Shown: positions 13,914 through 27,452 of the stretch, piece after piece | Layout: every line of letters starts with the position of its first letter | How positions within the stretch are numbered: position 1 is the stretch's first letter | Assembly: GCF_030144855.1 (NCBI RefSeq) | Contig: NC_082710.1 | Location: forward strand, 170,872,001-170,936,000 | Source of the DNA: Hypanus sabinus | Lineage: Eukaryota | Length of the DNA stretch: 64,000 bases | Direction of reading: 5' to 3' | Made by a program: the position numbers and the translations under genes | The notes under the pieces: model-generated | The model's input: the letters and a program-made list of their open reading frames with translations, nothing else | The model's database searches: none | Told to the model about the DNA's origin: nothing

Positions 13914-14255
13914 GCATTGGTGCTGAGAAGTTTGTGGTCATTCAGGACAAGTCCAGCATTGTTGCCACAGAAGGGGAGACGGTTGTTATTCCATGCAGGC
14001 ACAATGTCACGAATAGGGTATGGTCGTACCAGTGGGTCAAGGATGCCCGAAATGGAACAGAAGTGACCACCAATGAAAGAGCAGAGTACAGGGACCGCAT
14101 CCTGAAACCTCAAGGGGGTGATCCCTCCACTAACCGCACAGACGTTTCCCTGCGACTGAAGTACGGGCGGCCGAGTGATTCTGGGATGTACTTCTGCAAG
14201 TTGAAGATAATGGAATGGGAAATGTATGGGGCAGGGACGTATCTCACAGTGAGAG
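13914..14255 (+). CDS. Ig V-set exon V2, tandem paralog of V1
   Basis: Same acceptor and donor context as V1, 342 nt, open frame, conserved Cys/Trp/DSGMYFC/YGAGTYLTV. Confidence 0.85.
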
Positions 14256-14454
14256 GTAAGTTGGCCTTCAAGTATCTCCTTGTCAGTGCAAATCAGACCC
14301 AACAACCAAACAGAATTTTGTCAAAGCTGGAAACTGCTGGAGTCACTAATTTTTGATTAATATCAGTTTTGATTCGGAGCAAGAAGGCTACAAGTGAATG
14401 GCTGATTTTGGGAGCAGAGGCAGTTTTTACTACTCAGGGTAAAAGAGAGGCCAG

Positions 14455-17400
14455 GGGTCTGATCGCGTCCACGATATCCTGAAGTGTGAAGGTGAACAGG
14501 CAGAGGTCGTGGTACAAATTGGTACCAATGACAGGTAAGAAAAGGGAGGAGGTCCTGGAAACAGACTACAGGGAGTTAGGAAGGAAGTTGAGAAGCAGGA
14601 CAGCAAAGGTAGCAATCTCGGAATTACTGCCTGTACCACACAACAGTGAGTATAGGAATAGACGGAGGTGGAGGATAAATGTGTGGCTGAAGAATTTGAG
14701 GAGGGGAGAAGGATTCAGATTTCTGGATCATTGGGACCACTTTTGGGGCAGGCGTGACCTATACAAAAAGGACGGGTTGCACTTGAATCCCAGGGGGACC
14801 AACATCCTGGCAGGGTGATTTGCTATTGAGGAGAGTTTAAATTAGAACTGCTAGGGGATGGGAACCGAACTGAAGAGACAGAGGAAAGGGCGGTTGGCCC
14901 ACATTTAGAAAAAGCTTAGAGAAAGTGCAGGTGATAGAGAAGGGATACACTCAGACCGATTGTTTGAGATGTGTTGATTTTAATGCAAGAAGCATCATGA
15001 ACAAAGTGGATGAGCTTAGAGAATTTGGAGCTATGATGTTGTGGCCTTTACAGAGACTTAGATGGCTCAGGGGCAGGAACAGTTACTTAGAGTGCAAGGC
15101 TTTAAATGTTTCTGAAAGGACAGGGAGGGAGGCAAAAGCGGTGGGGGCATGCCACTGTTGATCAGCGAAAGTGTCACAGCTGCAGAAAAGGAGGAAGTCA
15201 TGGAGGGATTGTCTACTGAGTCTCTGTGGGTGGAAGTTAGGAACAGGAAGGGGTCAACAATTCTACTGGGTGTTTTTATACACCACCCAATAGCAACAGG
15301 CCATCGAGGAGCAGATCAGGAGACAGATTCAGGAAAGGTATAATAATAGCAGGGTTGACATCATGGGAGATTTTAATTTCCCAAATATTGATTGGTATCT
15401 CCCTAGAGCAAGGGGTTTAGATGGGGTGGAGTTTGTTAGGTGTGTTCAGGAAGTTTTCCTGACACAATATGTAGAAAAGCCTACAAGAGGAGAGGCTGTA
15501 CTTGACCTTGCATTGGGAAATGAACCTGGTCAGGTGTCAGATCTCTCAGTTTGAGAGCATTTTGGAGACAGGGATCACAATTCTATCTCCTTTACTAGAG
15601 CATTGGAGAGGAATAGGAACAGACAAGTTAGGAAAGTGTTTAATTGGAGTAAGGAGAAATATGAAGCTATCAGACAGGAACTTGGAAGCATAAATTGGGA
15701 ACAAAAGTTCTCCGGGAAATGTTTGACAGAAATGTGGCAAATGTTCAGGGAATATTTGTGTGGAGTTCTGCATAGGTACATTTCAATGAGACAGGGAAAG
15801 GATGGTAGGGTACAGGAACCGTGGTGTACAAAGGCTGTTCAATATCTAGTCAAGAAGAAAGGAAGAGCTTACGAGAGGTTCAAAAAACTAGGTAATGATT
15901 GCGATATAGAAGATTATAAGGCTAGCAGAAAGGAGCTTAAGAATGAAATTAGGTGCATAAATATTCATAAGAGTCCATAGTTCCAAAACTATGCTTTTCT
16001 CCTCTATATTATCCTTAAATGTCCATCACTTCTGTTCACTGTCTCTATCTTCATCTTTAATCCATTACGTTTGGAAGTCTCTATGTATAATTAGCCACTA
16101 GATGGAAGTTCTTGTGCGTACACCTCCGCTTCTTGATAATCGGAAAAAAATCTTCTTTTTCCCTCCTTCAAAAAAATTATCAAGGTTGCTGGGTGACGCA
16201 TTATAAATTTATAACCTTTTTCCCATAAGGCTTTTTTCGCTGGGTTAACTTCCTTCTTTCTCTTCAAAAGGTTATAACTTATATCAGGATAAAAAAGAGC
16301 TGGTTACCCTGCTATCATCAATGGCCCGTTTCTATTTTTGGCACATTGGGCAGCCGCCTTCAGGATCTTTTCTTTATCTTGGTATCTTAAGCATTTTATC
16401 AAAATTTATCAAAATTATGAAATTTATGAAAATGATGTAAAATTTATACAAGAGGTCTTTTTGAATTTGGCTAATGCACATGACAAAATATTAATAGGTG
16501 GAGATTTTAACTTTTGTCTAGATCCAGTTTTAGATAGATCAACAAAGGTGGTCACAAAATCAAAAGTAGTAAAATTAACTCTATCGTTGATGAAAGATTT
16601 AAACTTGATTGATATATGGAGAAGAATTAATCCAAAAGAAAGAGATTACTCATTTTATTCAAATAGACATAAAACATATTCAAGGATAGATTTTTTACTG
16701 TTATCAATGAATATACAAGATAGAGTGAAAAATGTGGAATATAAAGCGAGAATATTGTCAGATCATTCTCCTTTGATAATGGCAATGACAATGACAGATA
16801 AAGAGGAATCAATTTATAGATGGAGATTTAATTCAATGTTACTAAAACGTCAAGATTTTTGTGATTTTATGGAAAACAGATTCAGTTCTTTTTAGATACA
16901 AATTCACATTCAGTTGATGATAAATTCATATTGTGGGAAGCAATGAAGGCATACTTGAGAGGTCAGATAATAAGTTATACTTCTAAAATTAAGAAGGAAT
17001 ATATGATAGAAATAGATCAATTGGAAAAAGAGATTACAAAATTAGAAAAAGAATCTCAAAGAAATATGACAGAAGAAAAATGAAGACAACTTATTAATAA
17101 GAAGTTACAATATAATACACTCCAGACATATTGAACAGAAAAAGCAATTATGAGAACTAAACAGAGATATTATGAACTAGGTGAAAGATCACATAAGGTC
17201 CTTGCATGGCAGTTAAAAACAGACCAGACTTCTACAACAATAAATGCATTTCAAACAAGAGTAAATAAAATTACTTATAAACCTTTAGAAATTAATGAAA
17301 CTTTTAAGAATTTTTATTCTGAGTTGTATAAATCAGAATCACAAAATGATAATGTCAAGATAGAAAGATTTTTATCACAAATAACTCTTCCAAAATTAAA

Positions 17401-20400
17401 TACGGAAGAACAGAAGTGATTAAATATGCCTTTTAAATTGAAAGAGGTCGAAGAAGCTCTAGGATCACTTCAAAGTAATAAATCTCCAGGAGAAGAAGGT
17501 TTTCCGCCTGAATTTTATAAAAAGTTTAAAGATTTATTAATTCCTCCTTTTATGGAGTTAATACATCAAGCAGAAAGAACGCATAAACTTCCAGAATCTT
17601 TTTCGACAGCTATTCTAATAGTATTGCCAAAAAAAGATAGAGATCTTTTAAAGCCAGCATCATATAGACCTATTTCTTTATTAAACACTGATTATAAAAT
17701 AATAGCAAAAATCTTACCTAAAAGATTATCTAAATACTTACCAAAATTAATACATATGGATCAAACAGGATTTATTAAAAACAGACAATCGGCAGATAAT
17801 GTAACTCGGTTATTTAGTATAATTCATTTGGCGCAAAAGAGGGAAGAAATGAGTGTGGCAGTTGCTTTAGATGCAGAAAAAGCATTTGATAGATTGGAAT
17901 GGGATTTTTTATTTAAGGTATTGGAAAAATATGGATTAGGAGTATCTTTTATAAAATGGATTAAAACCTTAAATACTAATCCCAAAGCTAAAGTAGTGAC
18001 AAATGGTCAAATTTCAACACCATTTCAGTTAACAAGGTCAACTAGGCAAGGTTGTCCATTATCACCTGCTTTATTTGTCTTGGAGATAGAGCCATTAGCT
18101 GAATTAATTAGAATGGACCCAGATATTAAGGGTTTTAGAGTTAATCAGGAAGAATACAAGATTAACTTATTTGCTGATGATGTTTTGCTTTATCTAACAA
18201 ATCCATTACACTCGTTGCGTAAATTATCCTATAGATTAGAAGAATATGGGAAAATATCAGGTTATAAAATAAATTGGGATAAAAGTGAAATTTTACCTCT
18301 TACTAAAGGAGATTATAGTCAATGTTGATTAAGAACCCAATTTAGATGGCCGGCAAATGGTATAAAATATTTAAGTTTTAGAGTTGATAATGATATAAAG
18401 AATTTATATAAATTAAATTACTTACCACTATTAAAAAAAATTCAAGAAGATCTTGATAAGTGGATGATATTACCAATAACATTAGTAGGTAGAGTAAATA
18501 CCATAAAAATGAATATATTTCCTAGACTACAATACTTATTTCAATCACTACCAATACAACTACCCCAGAAGTTTTTTCAAGAGTTAAATAAATATGTGAG
18601 GAAGTTTCTTTGGAAAGTAGGATGTCAAGAATATCGTTGGAAAAATTGACATGGAAATTTGACCTAGGAGGGTTACAACTTCCAAATTTTAAGAATTATT
18701 ATAAAGCAAATCAACTTGGATTTATTGCATCTTTTTTTGAGAAAGATAAACTGGCATGGATTAGAATAGAACTAGATAAAATAGGAGAAAATATACCAGA
18801 AGATTTTATATATAAATGGGAATCTAAATGGAAACAGGAAAAGAAAGAATCTCCTATATTAAAACATTTGATTGACTTATGGAATAAAATAAATGTTGAC
18901 GATGAGATAAAGAAATCCTTATTAGCAAAGAGATCTTTAATTCAAAATAGACTTATTCCTTTTACAATGGATAATCAACTTTTATATAATTGGTTTCAAA
19001 AAGGGATCAGATATATAGGTGATTGTTTTGAAGGAGGTATATTAATGTCATTTGATCAATTAAAGAATAAATATAAAGTATCAAACAACACTCTTTTTGT
19101 TACTTTCAACTAAGGGCTTATTTAAGAGAAAAATTAGGTCAAACAATGTTATTGCCGAAATCTAATGAAATAGAAACTTTAATTCAAAAAGGAAAGATTA
19201 GAAAATTCATTTCTTGTATGTATAATTTGATTCAAAAACAGGCAATTATACAAGGAGTCCATAAGTCAAGACAAAAATGGGAAAGTGACTTGAATATTAA
19301 AATTGAAGAAAAAAATTGGTCAAGATTATGTCTTGAGAGTATGACAAATACAATAAATGTCCGGTTAAGATTAGTGCAATATAACTTTTTACATCAATTA
19401 TATATTACACCACAAAAAATAAATAAATTAAACCCAAATTTATCCGATCAATGTTTCCGATGTAACCAAGAAATTGGTACTTTTTTACATTCTACTTGGT
19501 CTTGTTCTAAAATTCAACATTTTGGGACAAATTTAAGAGTTTTATTGGAACAAATTATTGGAATACATCTTCCACATAATCCAATATTATTTTTACTAGG
19601 TGATATTGAAGGGATAAAACCGACACCCAAATTGAATAAATATCAGAAAGAATTTATAAAAATTGCATTGGCAGTAGCCAAAAAGGCTATTGCAGTTACT
19701 TGGAAATCGGATACATATTTAAGTATAGATCGTTGGAAGAAAGAAATTTATAGCTGTATTCCACTTGAAAAAATTACTTATAATTTAAGAGATAAATATG
19801 AAACATTTTTGAAAATTTGGCACCCTTATTTACAAAAGACAGGATTAAATATATAGGTGCTCCGAAAATGAAATAATTGGTTATTTGGGGAAAGAAATAA
19901 ATATATATACTAAAGTTATTACAAACTCCATGGAGCATGTGGGGATCTTCCAATATCCAGACACTCTATCTTTCTTTTTTTTTCTTTCTTTCTCTTTTTT
20001 TTTTATAGGGATGCTAGGGGGGAGGGGTTAAGGGGAGGGGAGATGGGTAATATACAGTTTTTTTCTACACTTTTATTTTGTAACTACTTGAAATACAATT
20101 AAAAAAGTTTAAAAAAAAAAGAATGAAATTAGGAGAGCCAGAAGGGGCCATGAGAAGGCCTTGGCGAGCAGGATTAAAGAAAACCCTAAGGCATTCTAGA
20201 AGTATGTGAAGAGCATGAGGATAAGACGTGGCAGAATAGGACCAATCAAGTGTGACAGTGAAAGAATGTCTATGGAACTGGAGGAGATAGCTGAGGTATT
20301 TAATGAATACTTTACTTCAGTATTCACTATGGAAATGGAACTTAGTGATTGTAGGGATGACTTACAGTGGATTGAAAAGCTTGAGCATATAGACATTAAG

Positions 20401-21915
20401 AAAGAAGATGTGCTGGAGCTTTTGGAAAGCATCAAGTTGGATAGGTCACTGGGTCCAGACGACATGTACCCCAGCCTACAGTGGGAGACAAGGGAGGAGA
20501 TTGCTGAGCCTCTGGTGATGATCTTTGCATCATCAATGGAGACGGGGGAGGTTCTGGAGGGTGGCGGATGTTGTTCTCTTATTCAGGAAAGGGAGTAGAA
20601 ATAGCCCAGGAAATTATAGACCAGTGAGTTTTAATTTAATTGTTGGTTAGTTGATGGAAAAGATCCTGAGAGGCAGGATTAATGAACATTTGAGAGGCAT
20701 AATATGATTAGGAATAGTCAGCATGTCGTGCTTTACGAGTCTAATTGAATTTTCTGAGGATGTGACTGTACACATTGATGAAGGAAGAGCAGTAGATGTA
20801 GTGTATATGGATTTCAGCAAGGCATTTGATAAGGTACCCCATGCAAGGCTTATTGAGGAAGTAAGGAGGCATGGGATCCAAGGGGACATTATGGATCCAG
20901 AATTGACTTGCCCACAGAAGGCGAAGAATGGTTATAGATGGCTCATATTTTGCATGGAGGTCAGTGACCAGTGGTGTGCCTCGGGGATCTTTTCTGGGAC
21001 CCCTTCTCTTTGTGATTTTTATAAATGACCTGAATGAGGAAGTGGAGGGATAGTTAGTAAACTTGCTGATGGCACTAAGTTTGAGGGTGTTGTGGATAGT
21101 GTGGAGAGCTGTCAGTGATTACAGTGGGACATTGATAGGATATAAAACTGGGCTGAGAAGTGGCAGATCAAGTTCAACCCAGATAAGTGTGAGGTGGCTC
21201 ATTTTGTTAGATCAAATATGATGACAGAATATTGTATTAATGGTAAGACTCATGGCAGTGTGGAGAATCAGAGGGATCTTGGGGTCCGAGTCCGTAGGAC
21301 ACTCAAAGCGGCTGCACAGGTTGACTCTGTGGTTAGGAAGGTATACAGTGCCTTGGCCTTCATCAACTGTGGAATTGATCTTAAGAGCCGAGAGGTAATG
21401 TTACAGCTATATAGGATGCTGGTCGGACCCCACTTAGAGTACTGTGCTCAGTTCTGGCCACCTCACTACAGGAAGGATGTGGAAACTATAGAAAGGATGC
21501 AGAGCTGACTTACCAGGTTGTAGCCTGGATTGGGGAGTATGCCTTATATGAATAGGTTAAGTGAAGACCTTTTCACCTTGGAGCACCGGAGGATGAGAGG
21601 TGACCTGATAGAGGTGTATAAGATAATGGGAGGATTTGATCACTTGGATAGTCTGAGGCTTTTTCCCAGGGCTGAAATAGTTGCCACAAGAGGACACAGG
21701 GCTAAGTTTTTTTACTCAGAGAGTGGTGAGTGCATGGAATGGGCTGCCGGTAATGATGGTGGAGGTGAATATGATAGGGCCTTTTGAGAGACTTTTGGAT
21801 AGGTACAAGGAGCTTAGAAAAATAGAGGGCTATGGGTAAGCCTAGTAATTTCTAAGGTAGGGACATGTTCGGCCGAAGGGCCTGTAATGTGCTGTTGGTT
21901 TTTCTATGTTTCTAG
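14455..21915 (+). mobile_element. 5'-truncated CR1 LINE interrupted by an L1-clade element
   Basis: CR1 sequence breaks at 15953 and resumes at 20119; tail tttctatgtttcta at ~21900. Confidence 0.9.
15954..20118 (+). mobile_element. L1-clade LINE with 5' inversion
   Basis: EN (GGDFNFCLDP, YSRIDF, SDHSP), RT (DAEKAFD, QGCPLSP, LFADD), Cys-rich C-terminus, A tail; 15-bp TSD aagaatgaaattagg at 15939-15953 and 20119-20133. Confidence 0.95.
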
Positions 21916-23371
21916 GTCAGTCAGCCACTTCAGGGAGGGAAGCAGTTCAGGACTGTGACCGATCCTCAGAGCGGGGGAGGAGGGTAAAGAAGAAGGAATA
22001 AAATCTTGCAAACAATCTTTGCCCAATTCTGAGGAAAGATCTTCCTCTTCCAGCATCAACTCTGTTTCACTTCCCACAGATGCTGCCTGACCTGCTGAGC
22101 ATTTCCAGGGTTTAGCTCAGATTTCCATCATCAGCAGGCTTTTAATTTTCTTTGTTAGAATTTTACCAGCAGGAGAATAACAAAAGAGATTCCACACAGA
22201 AGTTGCTGCCTCAGTAAAGTTGCCAACAGGGACCACCCACCTGGGACATTTTCCTTTCTCCCCGCTCCTGCTGGGCAGGGGAATACAAAAGCCTGAAAGT
22301 ACAAACCACCAGGCACGAGAACAGCTACTATCCCACTGTTATAAGGCTATTAATTGGTTCCCTGGTATGATCAGATGGGCTCCTGACCTCACAATTTACC
22401 TTGTCATTTCACTCTCTACCTACACTGCCCTTTCTATGTCGCTGTTACACTTCAACCTGCTATTGATTCACCGAGTACGACCTCACTGTGCAATGTAATG
22501 ATCTGATCTGAATGAACAGTGTGCAAGACAAGTTTTTCACTGTACCTCAGATTAAGGGACAATAATAAACCAAAGAGGCTGCAGATGTTGGAACCCGGAG
22601 CAAAAGAAACGTAATGCTGGAGGAACTCATAAGAATCTAGGGAGGAAGATTGAGAATTGACCCTTCAATAGGGGACACACAGCCCATTCTGTCTGTACTG
22701 AGTCCAGAAATCAGTTCAAGAGTTGGGAGTTGCATTGCAGCTTTATATAATTGCTCAGTTTGCATCTGGTGTAGTGAATTCAGTTCTGTTCACCTCATTA
22801 TAGGAAGGATGGTGAGGTTTTGGAAAAGGTGCAGAAGAGGTTTATCAACAGTCTCTCTGGATTAGAGGACCGGTGCTATAAGGAAAGTTTGGACAAATGT
22901 GGGTTGTTTTCTCTGGAGCAGCAGAGGCTGAGCAGAGACCTGGTAGAGGTTTATAATTTATAAGAGACAGAGCAGACAGTTGATATCATTTTCACAGGGA
23001 AATGTGCCTAATACCAGAGGGAATGCATTTAAAGTGAGAAGGGGTATATTTGAAGGAGATGTGTGGGCAATTGTTTTACACAGAGAATGGCGGCTGACTG
23101 AAATGCACTGGTGGGGGTGAGGTAGAGGCAAATACAATAGGGCATTGAACAGGCTCTTAAACAGGCACATGGGTGTGCCGGAAATGAGGGATACGGACAC
23201 CATGTTGGGAAGGGTTAGTCTAATTGGACATCTGGTCACCAATTGGTTTGGCACAACATTGTTTACTGAAGGGCCCGTTACTGTACAGTACTGTCTAATG
23301 TATTTAAAATAGTAACTACTGAACCGTCCAGTCCATAGCCCAATCACACTCTTTGTTAAAACATTTCTGCT

Positions 23372-26300
23372 TTGGAAATATCTAAAAAAGTGAGCTTTGG
23401 GTAAGCTATATTTACCTGACAATTGCTCAAATGATAAAAGGTTTCCTCCAACAAACAGATTCCAAAAATATTTAATACCCAACCTGTCCCATTCTTTAAA
23501 AACTAAATCAGTCATGGAGGGCTTAAAAAATTTAGAATAAATGGGACTAGAAAGGGAAAATCTCAGTAAACCAAAGTGTTTTCTAAATTGTATCCAGATC
23601 CTCAGAGTATGTTTAACTATTAAATTATCAGTTAGTTTACTTACAAATAAAGGAAGTGAGGATCCAAGAAGAGAAATAATAGAAAATTTATTAACAGTTA
23701 GTTTCTAAAGAGACCCATACCAGACAGTTTACACAATTAGAATAATATAGCCAAAACGTAAGATATCGTATATTAACTGCCTAATAATAAAACCTAAAAT
23801 TAGGTAAGACTAAATCTCCAGATTTTTTAGATCTTCATATAGGCCAATTTCATTACTCAATGTTGATACTAAAATCCTTTCTAAAGTTCTGGCTTGTAGG
23901 ATTGAAAATATTCTACCTTCTATGATTTCTGATGATCAGACTGGATTTATTAAAAAGCAACATTCCCATTTTAATTTACACCATGTATTAAATGTTATTT
24001 ACTCTCCCTCCCAGGAGATATCGGAATGTGTGATATCCTTAGATGCTGAGAAGGCCTTCAATTGGGTTGAATGGAGTTATTTATTTAAAACCTTAGAAAA
24101 GTTTAATTTTGGACCAGATTTTATTCAATGAATTAAGTTACTTTATTTATCTCCTTCTGCTCGGGTTCTTACTAATTTTCAAATTTTCAAACCATTTAAA
24201 CATCATCGCAGAACTAGACAAGGCTGTCCATTGAGTCCTTTGCTCTTTGATCTAGCTTTAGAAACCCTTCCCATTGCTTTTCGACAATCTAATGATATCT
24301 GTGGTATTTCAAGGAGAGGTATTACTCACAAAATTTCACTTTACGTTGATGATCTATTGCTGTTTATCTCTAATGCTGAGATCTTGTTACCTTGTGTACT
24401 TACTTTACTCTCCCATTTTAGCCAGTTTTCAGGATATAAATTGAACCTACATAACAGCGAATTATTTCTTTTAAATAATTTGGTATCAATTAATATTAAT
24501 CTCCCTTTTAAAGTTGTAAAGAATCAATTTACTTATTTGGGTCTAACAGTCACTGAGAATAACAAACACCTGTTTAAAGAAAACTTTACTGAATCATGTA
24601 AGAAGGATATCATTAAATTGGTCACCTCTTTCAATATCGTTGATTGGACGAATTAATTCTATAAAAATGAATATTTTACCTAAATTTATATATCTTTTTT
24701 AGGCTTTACCCGTTTTTCTTCCTAAATCCTTTTTTGACCCTCTTGATTCTATTTTATCCTCTTATATATGGAAAAATAAATGTCCTCATTTAAATAAAGT
24801 TCATCTTCAAAAATCTAAAAAGTCATTTAAAAGTTTTTTAGATACTTACAAATCAGAGACTTTTTAAGATCTCAATTATGCACGTTCCCTATAAGCTCAG
24901 ATAAGAACTTACTAGATGTAATTTTTAGTTTGACACCTTTTCATAATGGTTCAATATCTAATATTTATGGTATGTTGCTAGAGATGAGGAAGGTTCCTTT
25001 AGACGAAATTAAGAATTAATTTAGACATCAATATCTGAGGAAACGGAATGAAATTTTTAAACTGGTTAATACTTCATCACTATGTGCTCATCATTCCCTC
25101 ATACAATTTAAGGTGGTACGTAAAGCTCATATGACTATGGATAAGTTATCTCGTTTATATTCGGATATATCTCCCTACTGTGACAGATGCAATAATGGAG
25201 AAGCTTCATTAATTCATATGTTTTGGACTTGTCCAAATCTTGAAAAATATTGAAAGGAAGTTTATCAAACTTTTTCCTTACATTTTAAAGTCAACTTTAA
25301 GCCTAACCCTCCGACAGCCCTATTCGATATTGTTGCAGGACAGGATATTAAGCTGAAGGCATCTGATTTACATATTTTGGCCTTTAGATCTCTTATAGCT
25401 AGGAGAAAGCTTTTGTTTAAATAGAAAGATGTTTTTCCTCCTGCTCATGCTCAATGGTTATGTGACATTATGTCATGTTTAGATTTAGAGAAGATTCGTC
25501 GTTCAAGAATTTCAAACATTGTGGGGACCTTTCCTGAATTATTTTCAAAACTTTCAATTTGTTGCTTAAACTCAGATGTTGGCTATTATAATTTTTATTA
25601 TATGAGAAGGTATTTTACCTTCTTTTCTCCTTAATAAACAGTTTTGGTCTTGGTAAGGGTTAGATTCTTTTGTTTGCAATAAATTAGTTTATTTCAATAT
25701 AACCATATAACCATATAACAACCACAGCACGGAAACAGGCCATCTCGGCCCTCCTAGTCCATGCCGAACTCTTAATCTCACCTAGTCCCACCTACCCGCA
25801 CTCAGCCCATAACCCTCCACTCCTTTCCTGTCCATATACCTATCCAATTTTACCTTAAATGACACAACTGAACTGGCCTCTACTACTTCTACAGGAAGCT
25901 CATTCCACACAGCTATCACTCTCTGAGTAAAGAAATACCCCCTTGTGTTTCCCTTAAACTTCTGCCCCCTAACTCTCAAATCATGTCCTCTCGTTTGAAT
26001 CTCCCCTACCCTCAATGGAAACAGCCTATTCACATCAACTCTATCTATCCCTCTCAAAATTTTAAATACCTCGATCAAATCCCCCCTCAACCTTCTACGC
26101 TCCAATGAATAGAGACCTAACTTGTTCAACCTTTCCCTGTAACTTAAGTGCTGAAACCCAGGTAACATCCTAGTAAATCGTCTCTGCACTCTCTCTAATT
26201 TATTGATATCTTTCCTATAATTCGGTGACCAGAACTGCACACAATATTCTAAATTTGGCCTTACCAATGCCTTGTATAATTTTAACATTGCATCCCAACT

Positions 26301-27452
26301 TCTGTACTCAATGCTCTGATTTATAAAGGCCAGCATTCCAAAAGCCTTCTTCACCACCCTATCTACATGAGACTCCACCTTCAGGGAACTATGCACTGTT
26401 ATTCCTAGATCTCTCTGTTCCACTGCATTCCTCAATGCCCTACCATTTACCCTGTATGTTCTATTTGGATTATTCCTGCCAAAATGTAGAACCTCACATT
26501 TCTCAGCATTAAACTCCATCTGCCAACGTTCAGCCCATTCTTCTAACCGGCATAAATCTCCCTGCAAGCTTTGAAAACCCACCTCATTATCCACAACACC
26601 TCCTACCTTAGTATCATCGGCATACTTACTAATCCAATTTACCACCCCATCATCCAGATCATTTATGTATATTACAAACAACATTGGGCCCAAAACAGAT
26701 CCCTGAGGCACCCCGCTAGTCACCGGCCTCCATCCCGATAAACAATTATCTACCACTCTGGCATCTCCCATCTAGCCACTGTTGAATCCATTTTATTACT
26801 CCAGCATTAATACCTAACGACTGAACCTTCTTAACTAACCTTCCATGTGGAACTTTGTCAAAGGTTTTGCTGAAGTCCATATAGACTACATCCACTGCCT
26901 TACCCTCGTCAACATTCCTCATAACTTCTTCAAAAAATTCAATAAGGTTTGTCAAACATGACCTTCCACTCACAAATCCATGCTGGCTACTCCTAATCAG
27001 AACCTGTCTATCCAGATAATTATTAATACTATCTCTAAGAATACTTTCCATTAATTTACCCACCACTGATGTCAAACTGACAGGTCTATAATTGCTAGGC
27101 TTACTTCTAGAACCCTTTTTAAACAATGGAACCACATGAGCAATACGCCAATCCTCCGGCACAATCCCCGTTTCAAATGACATCTTAAATATCTCCGTCA
27201 GAGCTCCTGCTATCTCTACACAAACTTCCCTCAAGGTCCTGGGGAAATCCTATCAGGACCCAGAGATTTATCCACTTTTAAATTTCTTAATATAACTATT
27301 GATTAATTTATGTGAATACAGGGTAATGAGATTGTTATTATGAACAGATATAATGTAATTGGTAGTTTTTTAAAAATCTTTTTTGGCCTTTTATATACAC
27401 TTTCTTGCACTCTGTATTCTTCTATGTCGAAACTAATAAAATATTGAAAAAG
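23372..27452 (+). mobile_element. 5'-truncated, rearranged L1-clade LINE
   Basis: RT motifs (DAEKAF, SPLLF, LYVDDLL), AATAAA at 27435 and A-rich tail; 14-bp TSD aaaacatttctgct at 23358-23371 and 27453-27466. Confidence 0.92.
25700..27290 (-). mobile_element. Young CR1 3' fragment nested in the L1 3' UTR
   Basis: Long open RT frames 25782-26771 and 26746-27234; (aaccatat)n tail; possible 8-bp TSD aatataac. Confidence 0.92.

Noticed and set aside
22958-23515. 185-aa minus-strand ORF as a host gene
   Set aside because: Chimera of the inverted L1 segment and intronic repeat sequence
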